A stretch of DNA of 64,000 bases, from positions 372,354-436,353 of the forward strand of contig CAVYRF010000002.1 of assembly GCA_963770895.1 (NCBI GenBank), given 5' to 3'. This document shows positions 29,584 through 46,528 of the stretch, one piece after another. Numbering within the stretch: position 1 is the stretch's first letter; every line of letters begins with the position of its first letter. A program made the translations under genes and the position numbers. The notes beneath the pieces were generated by a model. That model searched no databases, was not told the DNA's origin, and saw only the letters and a program-made list of their open reading frames with translations. The stretch comes from an uncultured Acidobacteriota bacterium (lineage in GTDB: Bacteria; Acidobacteriota; Thermoanaerobaculia; Multivoradales; UBA5704).

Positions 29584-29589
29584 GGCGCT

Positions 29590-30621
29590 CTACTTCCAGA
29601 GGAACGAAGGATAACCGTCGAGGTCGCCGCGCAATGTTCGCGCGAGGAGAGCGGCTTGCAGGTGCGGCAGCAGGCCGAGAGTCGTCTTTTCCCCCAGGAA
29701 GGGATGCACGATCTCTTCGTTCTTTCGCTTCTGATATGCCACGAGAACGGCCTTGCGGGTGTCGCTGTCCATGGCGACCCCTCCCGATTCTCCCTGGCGG
29801 AAGCCGGCGGGACGGACCTGGTTGAGATTGACCAGCGATAGTGCCAGACGGTCCGCCAGATAGGCGCGCATCTCTTCCATGAGATCGAGCGCAAGGCCTG
29901 GCCGGCCCGGCCTGTCGCGATGGAGAAACCCGACAGCAGGATCGAGCCCAACGGCTTCGAGCGCGGCCGTGAAGTCGTGCCGCAGCAGTGTGTAGATGAA
30001 CGAGAGAAGAGCGTTCATGTTATCGAGAGGAGGTCGCCGGCTCCGGTCGTGGAGAAAGAACGAGTCCTTCTGCTGGACCAAGAGAACGTCGAAGGCCTCG
30101 AAATAGGCGCGAGCCGCACTTCCCTCAAGACCACGCAGACCGTCTACCGTCAGGTCGGGCGTGAGAGATCGCAGGTGCTGAGCCAGCCTGCTTGCGGCGC
30201 TCCGCAGAGCGTCAGCACCTGGATGCTCCGGCCGGTCGCGGAGAGCTCGCAGGAGAACGGTGCGGCTGTTGGCTAGCTTTGCAGCAAGGATGGCGCGGAC
30301 GATGGCAGCGGAGCCTACCGGATCGTCGGCGCGGCGATACTGTTCGCGCCGCAGCAGCACGTTACCGGACACGGGACCCTGGAGACGAGCGAGGAATCTG
30401 CCGCTCTCGGTGAGGAACGAGACGGTGACGCCGCGCTCACCGCAGAGCCCAAGAAGATATGGACTGAAACCGATCTGCCCGAAGCAGACGATGCCGCCCA
30501 GAGTGTGGATCGGCACCCGCATGCGAGTCTCCTGGTCGACCCGCACCGCGACCGCCTCGCCGTCCTTCGCCAGGTAAGCCCCGGCCGTGGTCACAAAGAG
30601 TGTGTTCTGATGTCTCCTCAC
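29590..30621 (-). CDS. cas1: CRISPR-associated integrase Cas1 (type I-C), GTG start at 30621
   Basis: VRRHQNTLFVTTAGAYLAKDGEAVAVRVDQ...GNVLLRREQY... . The GTG start overlaps the cas4 stop in a GTGA. The tracker ORF 29590..30750 extends 5' into cas4. Confidence 0.85.
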   Translation of the reverse strand: MRRHQNTLFVTTAGAYLAKDGEAVAVRVDQETRMRVPIHTLGGIVCFGQIGFSPYLLGLCGERGVTVSFLTESGRFLARLQGPVSGNVLLRREQYRRADDPVGSAAIVRAILAAKLANSRTVLLRALRDRPEHPGADALRSAASRLAQHLRSLTPDLTVDGLRGLEGSAARAYFEAFDVLLVQQKDSFFLHDRSRRPPLDNMNALLSFIYTLLRHDFTAALEAVGLDPAVGFLHRDRPGRPGLALDLMEEMRAYLADRLALSLVNLNQVRPAGFRQGESGGVAMDSDTRKAVLVAYQKRKNEEIVHPFLGEKTTLGLLPHLQAALLARTLRGDLDGYPSFLWK

Positions 30622-31328
30622 GGAGCGACTCCTTCGTCTTGCCCCTCTGGAGATGCCGCGATCTGCCGGAGGAAGCGTGCGAGGTAGCGCTGGGCGGAGC
30701 TGGCCGGTGCCCCCGGAAGGCAGACGTCGAGCAACGAACAGCGATCGCACTTCGGCTCGCGGACAGGCATGGGAGTGATACCGCGCCCTACAAGCTCGTG
30801 AAAACGTGCCGCCGCGGCTTCGGTGAGCTGGCGAAGACCGTGGTCGAAGAGCACGTCCATTCGTCGGCGCGGCTGACCGTAGAACAGGGCGCCCGCTGGA
30901 ACCTCAATCGCCAGCATCTCCTCCAAACAGATTCCTTGGGCGCAGAGCTGAACCTCGTCGGCTCGGTGGGACTTGGGTCGGCCGCGCTTGTACTCGATCG
31001 GGAATGGTCGCCAGAGTCCCTGCAGACCGGGGAGCGGGGCCGCGGCTTGGACTCCCCCTTCGCCGGGACCGAACCGCCGCAGTTCCACCACGTCGGCCTT
31101 GCCCGAAAGCCCGAGACGCGCGCTGCGGAGAGGGAGGCTGCGAACGACCCGGAGATCGCCACGGGACTCGTCCGCTCCCCGGTCCGCGCGCTCGTGGAGG
31201 TGCGTTCCTTCCACCGTCAGGGCGTTGTCCACCCAAATCTGTTCGAGGTGGATCAGGGCAGCCTGCCGCTCGCAGAAGAGCAGGTGCTGCAGGCCGGAGA
31301 GCGGGAGCAAATCGTCTTCGGTGAACAC
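30618..31328 (-). CDS. cas4: Cas4 (RecB-like nuclease with a C-terminal Fe-S Cys cluster)
   Basis: LSGLQHLLFCERQAALIHLEQ carries the N-terminal Cys. The C-terminal ...CDRCSLLDVC has three Cys. The gene sits between cas7 and cas1. Confidence 0.85.
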   Translation of the reverse strand: MFTEDDLLPLSGLQHLLFCERQAALIHLEQIWVDNALTVEGTHLHERADRGADESRGDLRVVRSLPLRSARLGLSGKADVVELRRFGPGEGGVQAAAPLPGLQGLWRPFPIEYKRGRPKSHRADEVQLCAQGICLEEMLAIEVPAGALFYGQPRRRMDVLFDHGLRQLTEAAAARFHELVGRGITPMPVREPKCDRCSLLDVCLPGAPASSAQRYLARFLRQIAASPEGQDEGVAP

Positions 31329-31332
31329 GTGC

Positions 31333-32283
31333 TTACCGCAACTCGAGCAGTGTCACTCCCACCGGCACACGGTCGCGATGGATGGTCACCGCGTAGTCGG
31401 CAAATGCGCGGGGCGCTTCGATTTCGGGCTTTTTCTTTACCTCAACGAGCTCGAACAGCTCGTGAGCCGGAGCGCAGCCAAGCATGGCCTGCCGGCGCCG
31501 CTGCGCAGTATCGGTGTCCGTGCCGTCGTGGCGGAAGACGACGAGCGGCCGGTGAACGCTCATCAGCCCCTTGCTCGCCGAGCGGTCGTGCTCATACATG
31601 TTGAGCAGGGCCTCCCAAAGCAGGGCTAGGTCGGCGTCGGAGAACCCGGTTTCCTGGGCCAGGTGCGCGCTGATGAAGCCGCGGCCCACGAACAGGCCGT
31701 AGGGGATGAGTGCCTTGCGGCCCATCGTGCGGAGCTTGTCCTCGGGCTGCTCGGCCTCCCAGCGGGCGATGTCCGCCGAAGAGCTCGCGCCCTTGACGTT
31801 CTCGGCCACCGCCATGCGAGTGATCGAAAGGTCCAGCGGCAGGACCGGGTCCACCGAACGGGCAAAGGGGATCTGCACCGGTCCGCGCACCTGGCCGGCG
31901 TTGGCGCCGGTGCTCATCACCGCGCCGAAAGCTCGCACGTCGAAAAAGTTCTGGCACATCCAATGCTTCGCCGCATCGACCCTGGCCTTGGAGGAGCCCT
32001 TCTTGTCCGCGGCGAGACCGCCTGTTTCCTCGTGAGCGCGGGCGATCGGGCGGTTGAGGTTCGTCGCGTGTTCGATGAAGATGGCATCGGGCATCTGATT
32101 TCCCCGCGCGATCTGCACATAGTTACGGATGCGACGCTTGATCGCCACGTCGGACACCAGGCCGATCATCGTCTCCGGGTCGAGACGCGGGGCGTTGCCG
32201 GCGTCGGGATCGCCGTTGGGGTTACCGTTGACGCAGTCGAAAAGAAAGAGGAATTCGTAGCGATTTGCGATCGGCTCAGACAT
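31333..32283 (-). CDS. cas7: Cas7 (Csd2), type I-C
   Basis: [45 protein letters not shown] is the Csd2 signature. Confidence 0.9.
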   Translation of the reverse strand: MSEPIANRYEFLFLFDCVNGNPNGDPDAGNAPRLDPETMIGLVSDVAIKRRIRNYVQIARGNQMPDAIFIEHATNLNRPIARAHEETGGLAADKKGSSKARVDAAKHWMCQNFFDVRAFGAVMSTGANAGQVRGPVQIPFARSVDPVLPLDLSITRMAVAENVKGASSSADIARWEAEQPEDKLRTMGRKALIPYGLFVGRGFISAHLAQETGFSDADLALLWEALLNMYEHDRSASKGLMSVHRPLVVFRHDGTDTDTAQRRRQAMLGCAPAHELFELVEVKKKPEIEAPRAFADYAVTIHRDRVPVGVTLLELR

Positions 32284-34045
32284 GCTCGGTCTCCTGGGAA
32301 TTGGCGTCCGGGGTCTCGTCGGCAGGCGCGGCCGCGGCCTTGGGATGCGAACGGTCGGCGGCGATCTGCTGGTAGTAGCCGAGCGCGAAGACGGTCTGCC
32401 GCTCCAGGCTCAGTGTCGTCGGGATTGCCTGCTCGATGCGTCCGAAGGTGTCGGCGATCCGCCCCTCGTGCCAGCGGGCAAGGCCGCGTTCGAGCTTGTC
32501 GAGGTGAAACTGAGAGGTACGCACGAGCTTCCCGAGAACCAGCGCCGGCGTGGTGCTCGCCGCGGCGTAGTAGCGCTGGACAACTCCGGCTCCGACGTCC
32601 CCCAGGGCGCGGTATTGCAGCGTGGCAAGCATCGCGATCAGCCGCCCGCAGTGATAGGCGGGATCGGGATGGTCCTCATTGAGATAGGGTTTCATCGCGG
32701 GATCTCCTTCGCGGATGAGGAAGGCCTTGAGCAGGCCTACACGGGCATGGTTGAGCGGTTGATCGGTGACGATGTCGATCTTGAGCCGCGACAGAGTCCG
32801 GGCCATAGCCTGCCGCGGAATGCGATCCTGCCGCACGGCGACGTGCCACATCGTGGCCTGGAGCGACGGCGGGAGGTCGTCCAGATCTCGCACCAGGGCG
32901 CCGAGCACAGCGAGGAGCCTTGGCGGTGGGGCCAGGCCATTTCCGTCGCGCCGGGAGATAGAAAGGTCCGAGAACCAGTGATCAATGCTGCGCACCAGTT
33001 CCTCGAACTGCCCTTCGATCCAATCGCGCACCATCACCCGCCCGGAGGCACCGGACAGGGTCAGAATGAAGTAGCGGTTGTCGAGGAGGTCAGGACGCGC
33101 GCCGCTTTGCAGAGCCCTCAACAGCTCCCGAGCCCGCTGCTGCGCGCCGGCCTCAACCGTGCCAGCATCGTCGAGGAATGCCAGCGGATCCTCTTCGCGG
33201 GGCACGCGGTTCTTGAACCAGTGCACAACCTTGATGCCCACAAGGCGCTGGCTCTCTTCTTTGAGCAGGTAGTTGAGCGACGCCCGGTACTCGGCGGCGA
33301 CCTCCTCGGAAACCGGCGCGTTGGCGGCCTGCGAGAGCCCGTAGGAGCAGAAGGACTCCTGCTTGAAGGCGGCGACGACGTCACCCATGGCTAGGCCACC
33401 GACGTCCGCGAGGCCGGCGATCTTCGGGTGGGTGGGCGCGGGCTTTACGAGGTCGCCACTGGCCAGGCAGCGGACCAGTTCAGCGGCGTCTCCCTCGCCG
33501 GCCTTACGGGGCGGCGCCAGGCTGCGGCGGAACCGGCGCCACCAGTCGTGCCAAACCGTCGAATCGACGAGGTACGGCGGCGAAGCGCCCAGGACGGAGA
33601 ACGTCACCTTGTCGGTCGGCTTGGCCTTGCGTGCCTCAAGCTGGGAGCGGATCTCCGATAGAACGCCTGCGTCCTCAAGAGTCTCCGCGATGCTGGCGAG
33701 GACGGGAAGGGTCTTTGCCGCCTGCCGCAGAAGGTCGGTGAAGTAGGCGTGTTTGGCGAGGAGCTTGGCATCCGGCTCGCCGTCCGTGAGAAGAGTGACG
33801 ACGTCGGCGGAGTCAGAGAGGAAGTGACGGCAGCCCGGCCCGCCGCGCTTGATCTCCGGCTGGGAAAGCTCCGGACACTTGCGGAAGGTGACTCCCGGAC
33901 TCTTCGGGTCCTGGGCGAGAGGGAGAACTTGAAGGAACCGGCCTTCCTGGCTGCACACCAGGCCCCAGCGGATCACCTTGGGGGCGAACCCTGGCTCGGT
34001 CACCAGGTCGTGGCTGCGGGCGTAGCTCACCAGTGCCCCGAGCAT
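32276..34045 (-). CDS. cas8c: Cas8c (Csd1), type I-C large subunit, ~589 aa
   Basis: [30 protein letters not shown] is a Cas8c-type N-terminus. ATG 34045-34043 overlaps the cas5 stop in TGATG. The tracker ORF is 5'-extended to 34303. Confidence 0.8.
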   Translation of the reverse strand: MLGALVSYARSHDLVTEPGFAPKVIRWGLVCSQEGRFLQVLPLAQDPKSPGVTFRKCPELSQPEIKRGGPGCRHFLSDSADVVTLLTDGEPDAKLLAKHAYFTDLLRQAAKTLPVLASIAETLEDAGVLSEIRSQLEARKAKPTDKVTFSVLGASPPYLVDSTVWHDWWRRFRRSLAPPRKAGEGDAAELVRCLASGDLVKPAPTHPKIAGLADVGGLAMGDVVAAFKQESFCSYGLSQAANAPVSEEVAAEYRASLNYLLKEESQRLVGIKVVHWFKNRVPREEDPLAFLDDAGTVEAGAQQRARELLRALQSGARPDLLDNRYFILTLSGASGRVMVRDWIEGQFEELVRSIDHWFSDLSISRRDGNGLAPPPRLLAVLGALVRDLDDLPPSLQATMWHVAVRQDRIPRQAMARTLSRLKIDIVTDQPLNHARVGLLKAFLIREGDPAMKPYLNEDHPDPAYHCGRLIAMLATLQYRALGDVGAGVVQRYYAAASTTPALVLGKLVRTSQFHLDKLERGLARWHEGRIADTFGRIEQAIPTTLSLERQTVFALGYYQQIAADRSHPKAAAAPADETPDANSQETEHV

Positions 34046-34770
34046 CAGACGCTCTCCCCCATTTTCAGCACGTCCGGACTGCCGTAGTCGGGCACCTGGA
34101 CCACTCCGCCGCGAAGCTTCGCCAGGAACAGGCTCACTGCGGGAGCGTCGTGCGCCGTGCCCGGGCGGGATAGATCGAAGACGTCGTACAGCATCAATCC
34201 CAGGTCCTCGTCCATGACGATCGGACGCGCTGTGTCCCCGGCCTCCACAAGCCTGAAGAAGGCCGGCATCTCGCGACAGCCGAAGTACGGCTGAAAGAAG
34301 CACTTCCCCTTCTCCGCCCGGCGGCGGAACTGCGCCTCGAGGGCGGTCTGGCGGCCCTCATGACCGGGCCAGGCAAGGATGTCCGCCTGCAAGCGGTAGC
34401 GCACGTCACGCAGCGCCATCGTCTGCCGCTGGGTGCGCCCCTTCTCATCGGTACCGAGCAGATCCCGGTCGCCGTCCGCCCACAGCGGCTCTGGCTTCCG
34501 CTTGCCGTCTATCCAATCAAGGACGGCGTTGACATTGACCTTGTCCTTCACCTCATTGCGCCGCAGGGCGATGTAGGCCGGAACGGCGAGCACCTCGATC
34601 ACCCGCACTGCCCAACGGAATTCCGCCGGCTTGGCGTAGATGGCGTCGAAGATCCCCCGCGCGGCTGAAGGGGTGATTACAGGATAACTGAAACGCTCCA
34701 CCTTCAGCTCCGGACGACTGAAGCACGCGAACTCACCCCAGACCTCGAGCATCTGTCGAGTCGGCGGCAT
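34045..34770 (-). CDS. cas5: Cas5d (type I-C pre-crRNA endoribonuclease)
   Basis: EVWGEFACFSRPELKVERFSYPVITPSAARGIFDAIYAKPAEFRW is the Cas5d signature. Confidence 0.9.
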   Translation of the reverse strand: MPPTRQMLEVWGEFACFSRPELKVERFSYPVITPSAARGIFDAIYAKPAEFRWAVRVIEVLAVPAYIALRRNEVKDKVNVNAVLDWIDGKRKPEPLWADGDRDLLGTDEKGRTQRQTMALRDVRYRLQADILAWPGHEGRQTALEAQFRRRAEKGKCFFQPYFGCREMPAFFRLVEAGDTARPIVMDEDLGLMLYDVFDLSRPGTAHDAPAVSLFLAKLRGGVVQVPDYGSPDVLKMGESV

Positions 34771-34867
34771 GACGGCCTCCTTTCGCTGGCTACCTCGCTA
34801 CTAAATACCAACGCGACGAAAATGTTAACGGGGGCGCACGCGTCAGCTGCGGCCCGTGGCCGTGGTC

Positions 34868-37159
34868 CTACGCGATCCAGGCGGATTCGCTGGGGCCGGT
34901 CAGCCCGGCCAGCTGCGGATCGTAGAGATCCTCGCCGAGCAACACGAACCAATCCTTGGACTCCTCGCCCTTCTGGCCGGTGGGCGCCGGCCACAGAAAG
35001 TTGCGGAACGGGTCGCCTTCCTTCGGCCGGTAGACGTTCACGGTGTGCGGACGGGCGCGGCGGACCCACCGGGAGGTCAGCTTACCGGCCGCTTTCAGCT
35101 CGTCGACTAGTTCATGGAAACGATCAGGCGCGAAAGGGACAAGAACGTTGATCGCGTCCTGGTCGATCAGGCGGTAGAGAGTGGCGGTCTGCGCGAAGTC
35201 CCAGCGATCGATCGCGCTACCGAGTTCCTTCGCCTTCCCCTGGTCCCCGGCGGTGAGGCCGGTCTGGTCGTAGAGCGTGGAGTAGTAGAGATCGAAAAGC
35301 TCGCACGACTGGAGGTCCATCCCACCTGAACCGCGCGCACGGAGGAGCAGGCGGGTGATGTCGGCGGCCTGCTGGTAACCGCCCGGCGGATACCGCTCGT
35401 CCTCCGGCAGGAAGACCCGGACGGTCCCGAGCCCCGGGAGCAGGCCGTTGCGGTTGCAGCGCCCGGCGGCCTGCGCAATGGCGTCGAGCGGCCCGAGGGC
35501 GCGGAAGACAACAGGGAAGTCAATATCCACGCCGGCTTCCACGCACTGTGTCGAAATCAGCAGGCAGGGCAGCTTCTGATCCAAACGCTGCCGGACATTG
35601 GCGAGGATCCTCTGCCGGTGCGCCGGACAGAGGTTTGTCGACAGGTGGTAGAGGGCGGGGACCCGCCACGCAAGAAGGAGCGACGCCAGCTGCAGAGCGT
35701 GGCGCTTGAGGTTGACGATGCACAGTGCGGTGCCGGCGTCGGCGAGCTGCGCCGCAAGCGATTCCCACGAGGACGGAGCGTCCGTGTCCCATTGCACGGC
35801 GACGCGGCGCGCCCGCTCGAAAAGATCGAGTGAGCTGGGTACGATCTCGCGCGGCGCCCAGCCGGTGGTGGCGAGCTTCTTCACTCGCGAGTCCAGGCGG
35901 GCGAATGCCGGTTGCGTGGCGGTGGCGAAAACGACCGACGAGCCGTAGCGCGCCGCGAGACGCGACAGGGTCGCCAGGGTCGGAACGGCCAGCTGCGGCG
36001 GCAGCGTCTGCACCTCGTCGAGCAGGATCACGCTGCCGGCCAGGCGATGGAGCTTGCGGCAGGCCGAAGGACGGTTCGCGAAGAGCGACTCCAGAAGCTG
36101 CACGCTGGTGGTGACGACAAGGGGTGCATCCCAGTTCTCCACCAGCCGCCGCCCCGTCTGCTCGGCCGCACTTTGGCCATCCTCGTCCGGGCCGCTATTT
36201 GTGCCGCGGGTGCCCGCCAGGCTGTGATGCTCGAGAACGTAGGACTCCCCGAGGCGAGCGGCAAACAGGCCTCGATAGATCTGTACCGTCTGCTCGATGA
36301 TGCTCAGGAAAGGGACGGCCACCACGATCCGGCGAAGGCCATTGGCCAGAGCATGGTGGAGGGCGAAGGCCAGCATCGCCAGCGTCTTGCCCGCGCCCGT
36401 GGGCGCCGACAGAGTGAAGAGGCCTGTTCCTGATCTTCCGGCACCGCGGCAGGCCTCAAGAAGGTCCGCCCGCAGCCTCGCCACCTCAGCCGCGGACCGG
36501 TTCTCGGCCGCCAGTCGCGTCACCGCCGCGTCGAAGAGTGCCAGCGCCTCGGCAGGTCGTAGCTCCGGGCCAGGCAAGCGATGGATCTTTCGTCCCTCAA
36601 CCTGGCGCTGGAAGTGCGCCTCGGTCTCCAGGAAATCGGCATCCACCAGCGCCGAGAAAAGCATCCGGACATCAAGCATCGAGCCCGCCCTGGGATGGCT
36701 GCACTCGAACAGCGACCCCGCCAGCTGCGGCAGGCCCAGGCCGTCATCGCCGAGCCGGCGTAGCAGCAGGGAGACGTCGGTCTCGGTGACCCGGAGTCCC
36801 GCAGGCAAATGCGCCGCGAAGCGCTGAAAATCTCGCATCCCGCGCAGCGCTTCGTAACTCTGCAGCCCAATGTGATGGCCCTGAACTGCGAAGGCGGCGG
36901 CAATACCGTGCACCTGGGCGTGGCCAAGAGCCGCCCGTGCTCCTGCCGACCAATGGTCAAGACCGCGCTCGAGGCCGCCCAGCCGCCGGGTGAAAAGCTC
37001 GCTGTACTTCCCAAGATCGTGCAGCAAGCCGGCAAGCCGCGCCTCATCGGCGGCGCCAAACCGGGCAGCAATCCCCGCGGCCGTCTCAGCAACGTCCTGG
37101 AGATGGTCCCGCAGCGGCTCCCAATTTTCGCGCTCTGGCGCGGAGTGCGCGTAGTACAT
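34868..37159 (-). CDS. cas3: Cas3 (HD nuclease plus SF2 helicase)
   Basis: The N-terminal HD motif is MYYAHS...LRDHLQDVAETAA...LHDLGKYS. The C-terminal part has helicase blocks (LSAPTGAGKT, DEVQ). The gene is 763 aa. Confidence 0.9.
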   Translation of the reverse strand: MYYAHSAPERENWEPLRDHLQDVAETAAGIAARFGAADEARLAGLLHDLGKYSELFTRRLGGLERGLDHWSAGARAALGHAQVHGIAAAFAVQGHHIGLQSYEALRGMRDFQRFAAHLPAGLRVTETDVSLLLRRLGDDGLGLPQLAGSLFECSHPRAGSMLDVRMLFSALVDADFLETEAHFQRQVEGRKIHRLPGPELRPAEALALFDAAVTRLAAENRSAAEVARLRADLLEACRGAGRSGTGLFTLSAPTGAGKTLAMLAFALHHALANGLRRIVVAVPFLSIIEQTVQIYRGLFAARLGESYVLEHHSLAGTRGTNSGPDEDGQSAAEQTGRRLVENWDAPLVVTTSVQLLESLFANRPSACRKLHRLAGSVILLDEVQTLPPQLAVPTLATLSRLAARYGSSVVFATATQPAFARLDSRVKKLATTGWAPREIVPSSLDLFERARRVAVQWDTDAPSSWESLAAQLADAGTALCIVNLKRHALQLASLLLAWRVPALYHLSTNLCPAHRQRILANVRQRLDQKLPCLLISTQCVEAGVDIDFPVVFRALGPLDAIAQAAGRCNRNGLLPGLGTVRVFLPEDERYPPGGYQQAADITRLLLRARGSGGMDLQSCELFDLYYSTLYDQTGLTAGDQGKAKELGSAIDRWDFAQTATLYRLIDQDAINVLVPFAPDRFHELVDELKAAGKLTSRWVRRARPHTVNVYRPKEGDPFRNFLWPAPTGQKGEESKDWFVLLGEDLYDPQLAGLTGPSESAWIA

Positions 37160-37380
37160 GGAGCTTCATTATCTCATCACCATCTGCCGGCGCCACTGGC
37201 GACAGCTCGCGCCCAAGGCCTGCAAAGCGGTCCCCCGCCAGTCCGGCAACGCCTGGCCTGAGGCTGCCCGCCTCGCCTCTCGTCCGCCTCCCTTCATCTT
37301 GCGGATTGGCCGCCCCTAAGGCCGGGACACTCCGTCTCAACGCTGGCGCCATCGCCGCCACCATCGAGCGCCATAGCATT

Positions 37381-43210
<5,830 letters not shown>

Positions 43211-43420
43211 TGCGGCTCCCGAAGTATCTGATCCTTATGGGGTAGAAGTCCAGACTCCGCGAACCTGACAGCCAGCGCCCCGAATCGGCTGACCTATGCC
43301 AGCCAAGGACGCACAAAGCCTTGCGAGCTAGTACTTTATGGGCTCCGCGAAGCTCTGCTGGGAGGAGTTGATAGCTGGCGGTTCGCGGCCGCCAATTGTC
43401 GTGAGGCGATTCGCGGACCA
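43211..43420 (-). promoter_or_regulatory. CRISPR leader of array 2 (homologous to the leader of array 1)
   Basis: TGCGGCTCCCGAAGTATCTGATCCTTA...GGCTCCGCGAAGCTCTGCTGGGAGGAGTTG aligns with 29100..29290 (TGCGGCTCCTGAAGTATCTGATTCTTA...GGCTCCGCGAACCTCTGCTGGAGGGAGTTG). Confidence 0.65.
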
Positions 43421-43600
43421 TCGCGCCTCGACGTAGAAGGCGAAACCTGGCCTCGATCTTGGCAGATTCCTTCCGGGCTCGGGCGGCGATCGCGCCGGGG
43501 CCCGGCCACGCTGAATGGCGCTAGACCAGTGCCCAACCGTTTTATTAGCTTTGCCCGGCCCCCCGGGGGCGGAGCTGCACCGCCAACGCCGTGTTTTCAG

Positions 43601-46528
43601 TTAGTCGTCCAGGTCGTCGGGCAGTACTTCGGAAACCGCGGGCGGCGCCGCACTTGCGCCGGCGCTCTGCACCCGCTGGCGGCGCTCGACCGGCGGCCAG
43701 AGCGGTGAGGGCGGAAAGCCCGGACCGACGCCGGCCGGCGCCGCGTCGCCGGCGCTGGCGGGCGTCGATTTGCCCGAACCAGTGCCGGCGGGTGCCGTTG
43801 GCGACACGTCCACTATGTCCGCCGCCGGAACAGCCGCCGCCTGAACACCCGCCGCCTCCTGCCCGGCGGCCTGCTGCCTGGCCGCCTGTTGCCCGAAGCT
43901 GACCACGCGGTCCCACACCGCTCCCAGGTCGTCGCCAAAGATCACCAGGAGGTCGCCGGCGGCGGCGGCCTGTAATGCTTTTTCGACCGCCTCCTTCTCG
44001 CGATAAACGTCCGGGGCGATGTGGTCGGCGGGGAAGCCGGCGGCGATCAGGCCGCTGCGGAGCAGCTCGCCGACCTCGCCGGGGCGGCGGCCGCGCAGGT
44101 GGTCGTCTTCGCGCAGCAGGATCAGGTCGAAGGCGGGGGCGGCGGCGGCGGCCAGCTGGGCGATGTCTTCGTCGCGGCGGTCGCCGGGGGCGGCGATGAC
44201 GCCGATGCGCTGGCCGTGGACGGTGAGGCTGCGGATCATGCGCGCCATGGCGGCCATGCCGTGGGCGTTGTGGGCGTAGTCGAGCAGGACGCGGAAGGGG
44301 AGCTCGTGGTAGAAGTTGAGGCGGCCGGGGGTTTGGAAGAAGTCCGCGGTGAAGGTGCGCAGGCCCTGGCGGATGTTTTCGACGTCGATGCCCAGGCCGT
44401 GGGCGATGGCGGCGGCGAACATGGCGTTCTGCACGTTGTGCAGGGCCAGGCCTTCCACGGTCGCGGGGATCTGTCGCGCCAGCAGCAGCGGCACCTGCTC
44501 GCCGTGCTGATAGAGCACCAGCATGCGGCCCGACAGGCCCTGCACCAGCGATACCGCGGCGCCGCGGTCGTTGCGGACGTGCGAGGCGACGCGCTCGTTG
44601 AGCGGGTCCATGGTGACGTAGATGGGCTTGGCCGGGCTGTGGCTTGCCATGCGCACGACGCGGGGGTCGTCGGCGTTGAGCACGCAATAGTCGCGCGCCA
44701 CTTCCACGATGACCTGCTTGACGCGGGCGAGGTCGTCCAGGTTTTCGATGCCGCCCAGGCCCAGGTGATCGGAGGCGACGTTGAGCACCGCGCCGACGCC
44801 GCATTTGCGCCAGCCGAGGCCGGAGCGGACGATACCGCCGCGGGCGGTTTCGAGCACGGCCGCGTCGACGGTCGGATCGCGCAGGACCAGGTGACTGGCC
44901 CACGGCCCGGTCATGTCGCCTTTCACGGTCAGGACGCCATCGATGTAAACGCCGTCGCTGGTCGCCATGCCCACGGTGTGGCCGGACAGCTTGAGGATGT
45001 GGCCGACCATGCGGGTGGTGGTGGTCTTGCCGTTGGTGCCGGTGATGGCGGCGATCGGGATGCGGTAGGGAGTGCCGTGCGGAAAGAGCATGTCCAGCAC
45101 CGGTCCCGCGACGTCGCGCGGGGTGCCCTCGGTGGGCGCCGTGTGCATGCGGAAGCCCGGCGCCGCGTTGACTTCGACGACCGCGCCGCCGACCTCTTTA
45201 TGGCTGCGCGAAATGTCGGGCGAGATGAAATCGACGCCGCCCACGTCCAGGCCGATGGCGCGCACGCCGCGCTCCGCCATGATGCGGTTGTCGTAATGGA
45301 TCACGTCGGTCTTGTCGATCGAGGTGCCGCCGGTGCTCAGGTTGCCGGTCGAGCGCAGATAGAACAGCTGGCCCGCGGGCAGCACCGATTCGGGATCCAG
45401 GCCGGCCTCCTTGCACAAGCGCAGCGCCTGCTCGTCCAGCTCCAGGCGGGTCAGCACCTTTTCATGGCCGACGCCGCGCCGCGGGTCCTGGTTGACCAGC
45501 TCGACCAGCTGGGCGATCGTGTGCCGGCCGTCGCCGACGACGTGGCCGGGCACGCGCTGGGCGACCGCCACCAGCTTGCCGTTTACAATCAGGATGCGGT
45601 AGTCGTTGCCCTGTTGAAAGGTTTCGACGATCACCGTCGACGAATAGTATTCAGCTTCGGCGAACGCCGTCCGCACCTGGTCGGCGGTGGTCAGACCGAT
45701 GGCGACGCCCTTGCCGTGATTGCCGTCCAGCGGCTTGATCACCACCGGGTAGCCCAGGCCCTCGGCCTCTTCCACCGCTTCTTCGGCGTCGTAGACCCGC
45801 ACCTGGCGCGGCACCGGCAGGCCGAGATCGGCCAAAATCTGATTGGTCAGGCGCTTGTCAGAAGCGATTTCCACCGCGGTGTGGCGGGTTTCGCTGGTGA
45901 TCGTCGCCTGGATGCGGCGCTGGAACTTGCCGTGTCCCAGCTGCACCAGCGACCGATCGTTCAAACGAATCCAGGGGATGTCGCGGTCGTCGGCGGCGCG
46001 CACCAGCGCCCCGGTCGAGGGGCCGAAGGCACGCCGCTGCGCCAGGCGCACCAGCGATTCGCACTCGGCGCGAAAATCGAACGGCGACGAGTCGTGGTCC
46101 GCCCGCTCGACGGGCAGCAGGTGGCGGAGGACTGCCAGCGCCAGCTCGCCCGCGGCGCGGCCCACCGCCTCTTCGGCGTAGCTGTACACCACGTGGTACT
46201 GCCCGGTCGGCAGCCCCTCGCTCCGCGTCTTGCCGTAGCTGACCGGCGTGCCGGCAAGACATTGCAGCTCGATCGCCACGTGCTCCAGCACGTGGCCCAG
46301 CCAGGTGCCCTCTTCTTCGCGCAGCCGCCGCACGAAGCCGCCGGGCTCGCCGTACGAGCAGCCGTGCTCCTCAAGGCTCGGGATGAGCGCCAGCAGGCGT
46401 TCGTTGAAGCCGGGGAGCTTCATCGTCGGATACGCCTCCAGCTCCCCCAGGTCGACGCGCAACCGGATCACCGGCGCCAGGGCGTACAGGTTCGGCCCGC
46501 GATAGACCCTGGATTCCAGGATTTTCAT
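43601..46528 (-). CDS. cphA: cyanophycin synthetase CphA (N domain, ATP-grasp G domain, Mur-ligase M domain), with a ~90-aa low-complexity C-terminal tail
   Basis: The N-terminus is MKILESRVYRGPNLYALAPVI. ATP-grasp blocks are present. The M domain carries AITGTNGKTTTTRM. The gene is 975 aa. Confidence 0.85.
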   Translation of the reverse strand: MKILESRVYRGPNLYALAPVIRLRVDLGELEAYPTMKLPGFNERLLALIPSLEEHGCSYGEPGGFVRRLREEEGTWLGHVLEHVAIELQCLAGTPVSYGKTRSEGLPTGQYHVVYSYAEEAVGRAAGELALAVLRHLLPVERADHDSSPFDFRAECESLVRLAQRRAFGPSTGALVRAADDRDIPWIRLNDRSLVQLGHGKFQRRIQATITSETRHTAVEIASDKRLTNQILADLGLPVPRQVRVYDAEEAVEEAEGLGYPVVIKPLDGNHGKGVAIGLTTADQVRTAFAEAEYYSSTVIVETFQQGNDYRILIVNGKLVAVAQRVPGHVVGDGRHTIAQLVELVNQDPRRGVGHEKVLTRLELDEQALRLCKEAGLDPESVLPAGQLFYLRSTGNLSTGGTSIDKTDVIHYDNRIMAERGVRAIGLDVGGVDFISPDISRSHKEVGGAVVEVNAAPGFRMHTAPTEGTPRDVAGPVLDMLFPHGTPYRIPIAAITGTNGKTTTTRMVGHILKLSGHTVGMATSDGVYIDGVLTVKGDMTGPWASHLVLRDPTVDAAVLETARGGIVRSGLGWRKCGVGAVLNVASDHLGLGGIENLDDLARVKQVIVEVARDYCVLNADDPRVVRMASHSPAKPIYVTMDPLNERVASHVRNDRGAAVSLVQGLSGRMLVLYQHGEQVPLLLARQIPATVEGLALHNVQNAMFAAAIAHGLGIDVENIRQGLRTFTADFFQTPGRLNFYHELPFRVLLDYAHNAHGMAAMARMIRSLTVHGQRIGVIAAPGDRRDEDIAQLAAAAAPAFDLILLREDDHLRGRRPGEVGELLRSGLIAAGFPADHIAPDVYREKEAVEKALQAAAAGDLLVIFGDDLGAVWDRVVSFGQQAARQQAAGQEAAGVQAAAVPAADIVDVSPTAPAGTGSGKSTPASAGDAAPAGVGPGFPPSPLWPPVERRQRVQSAGASAAPPAVSEVLPDDLDD

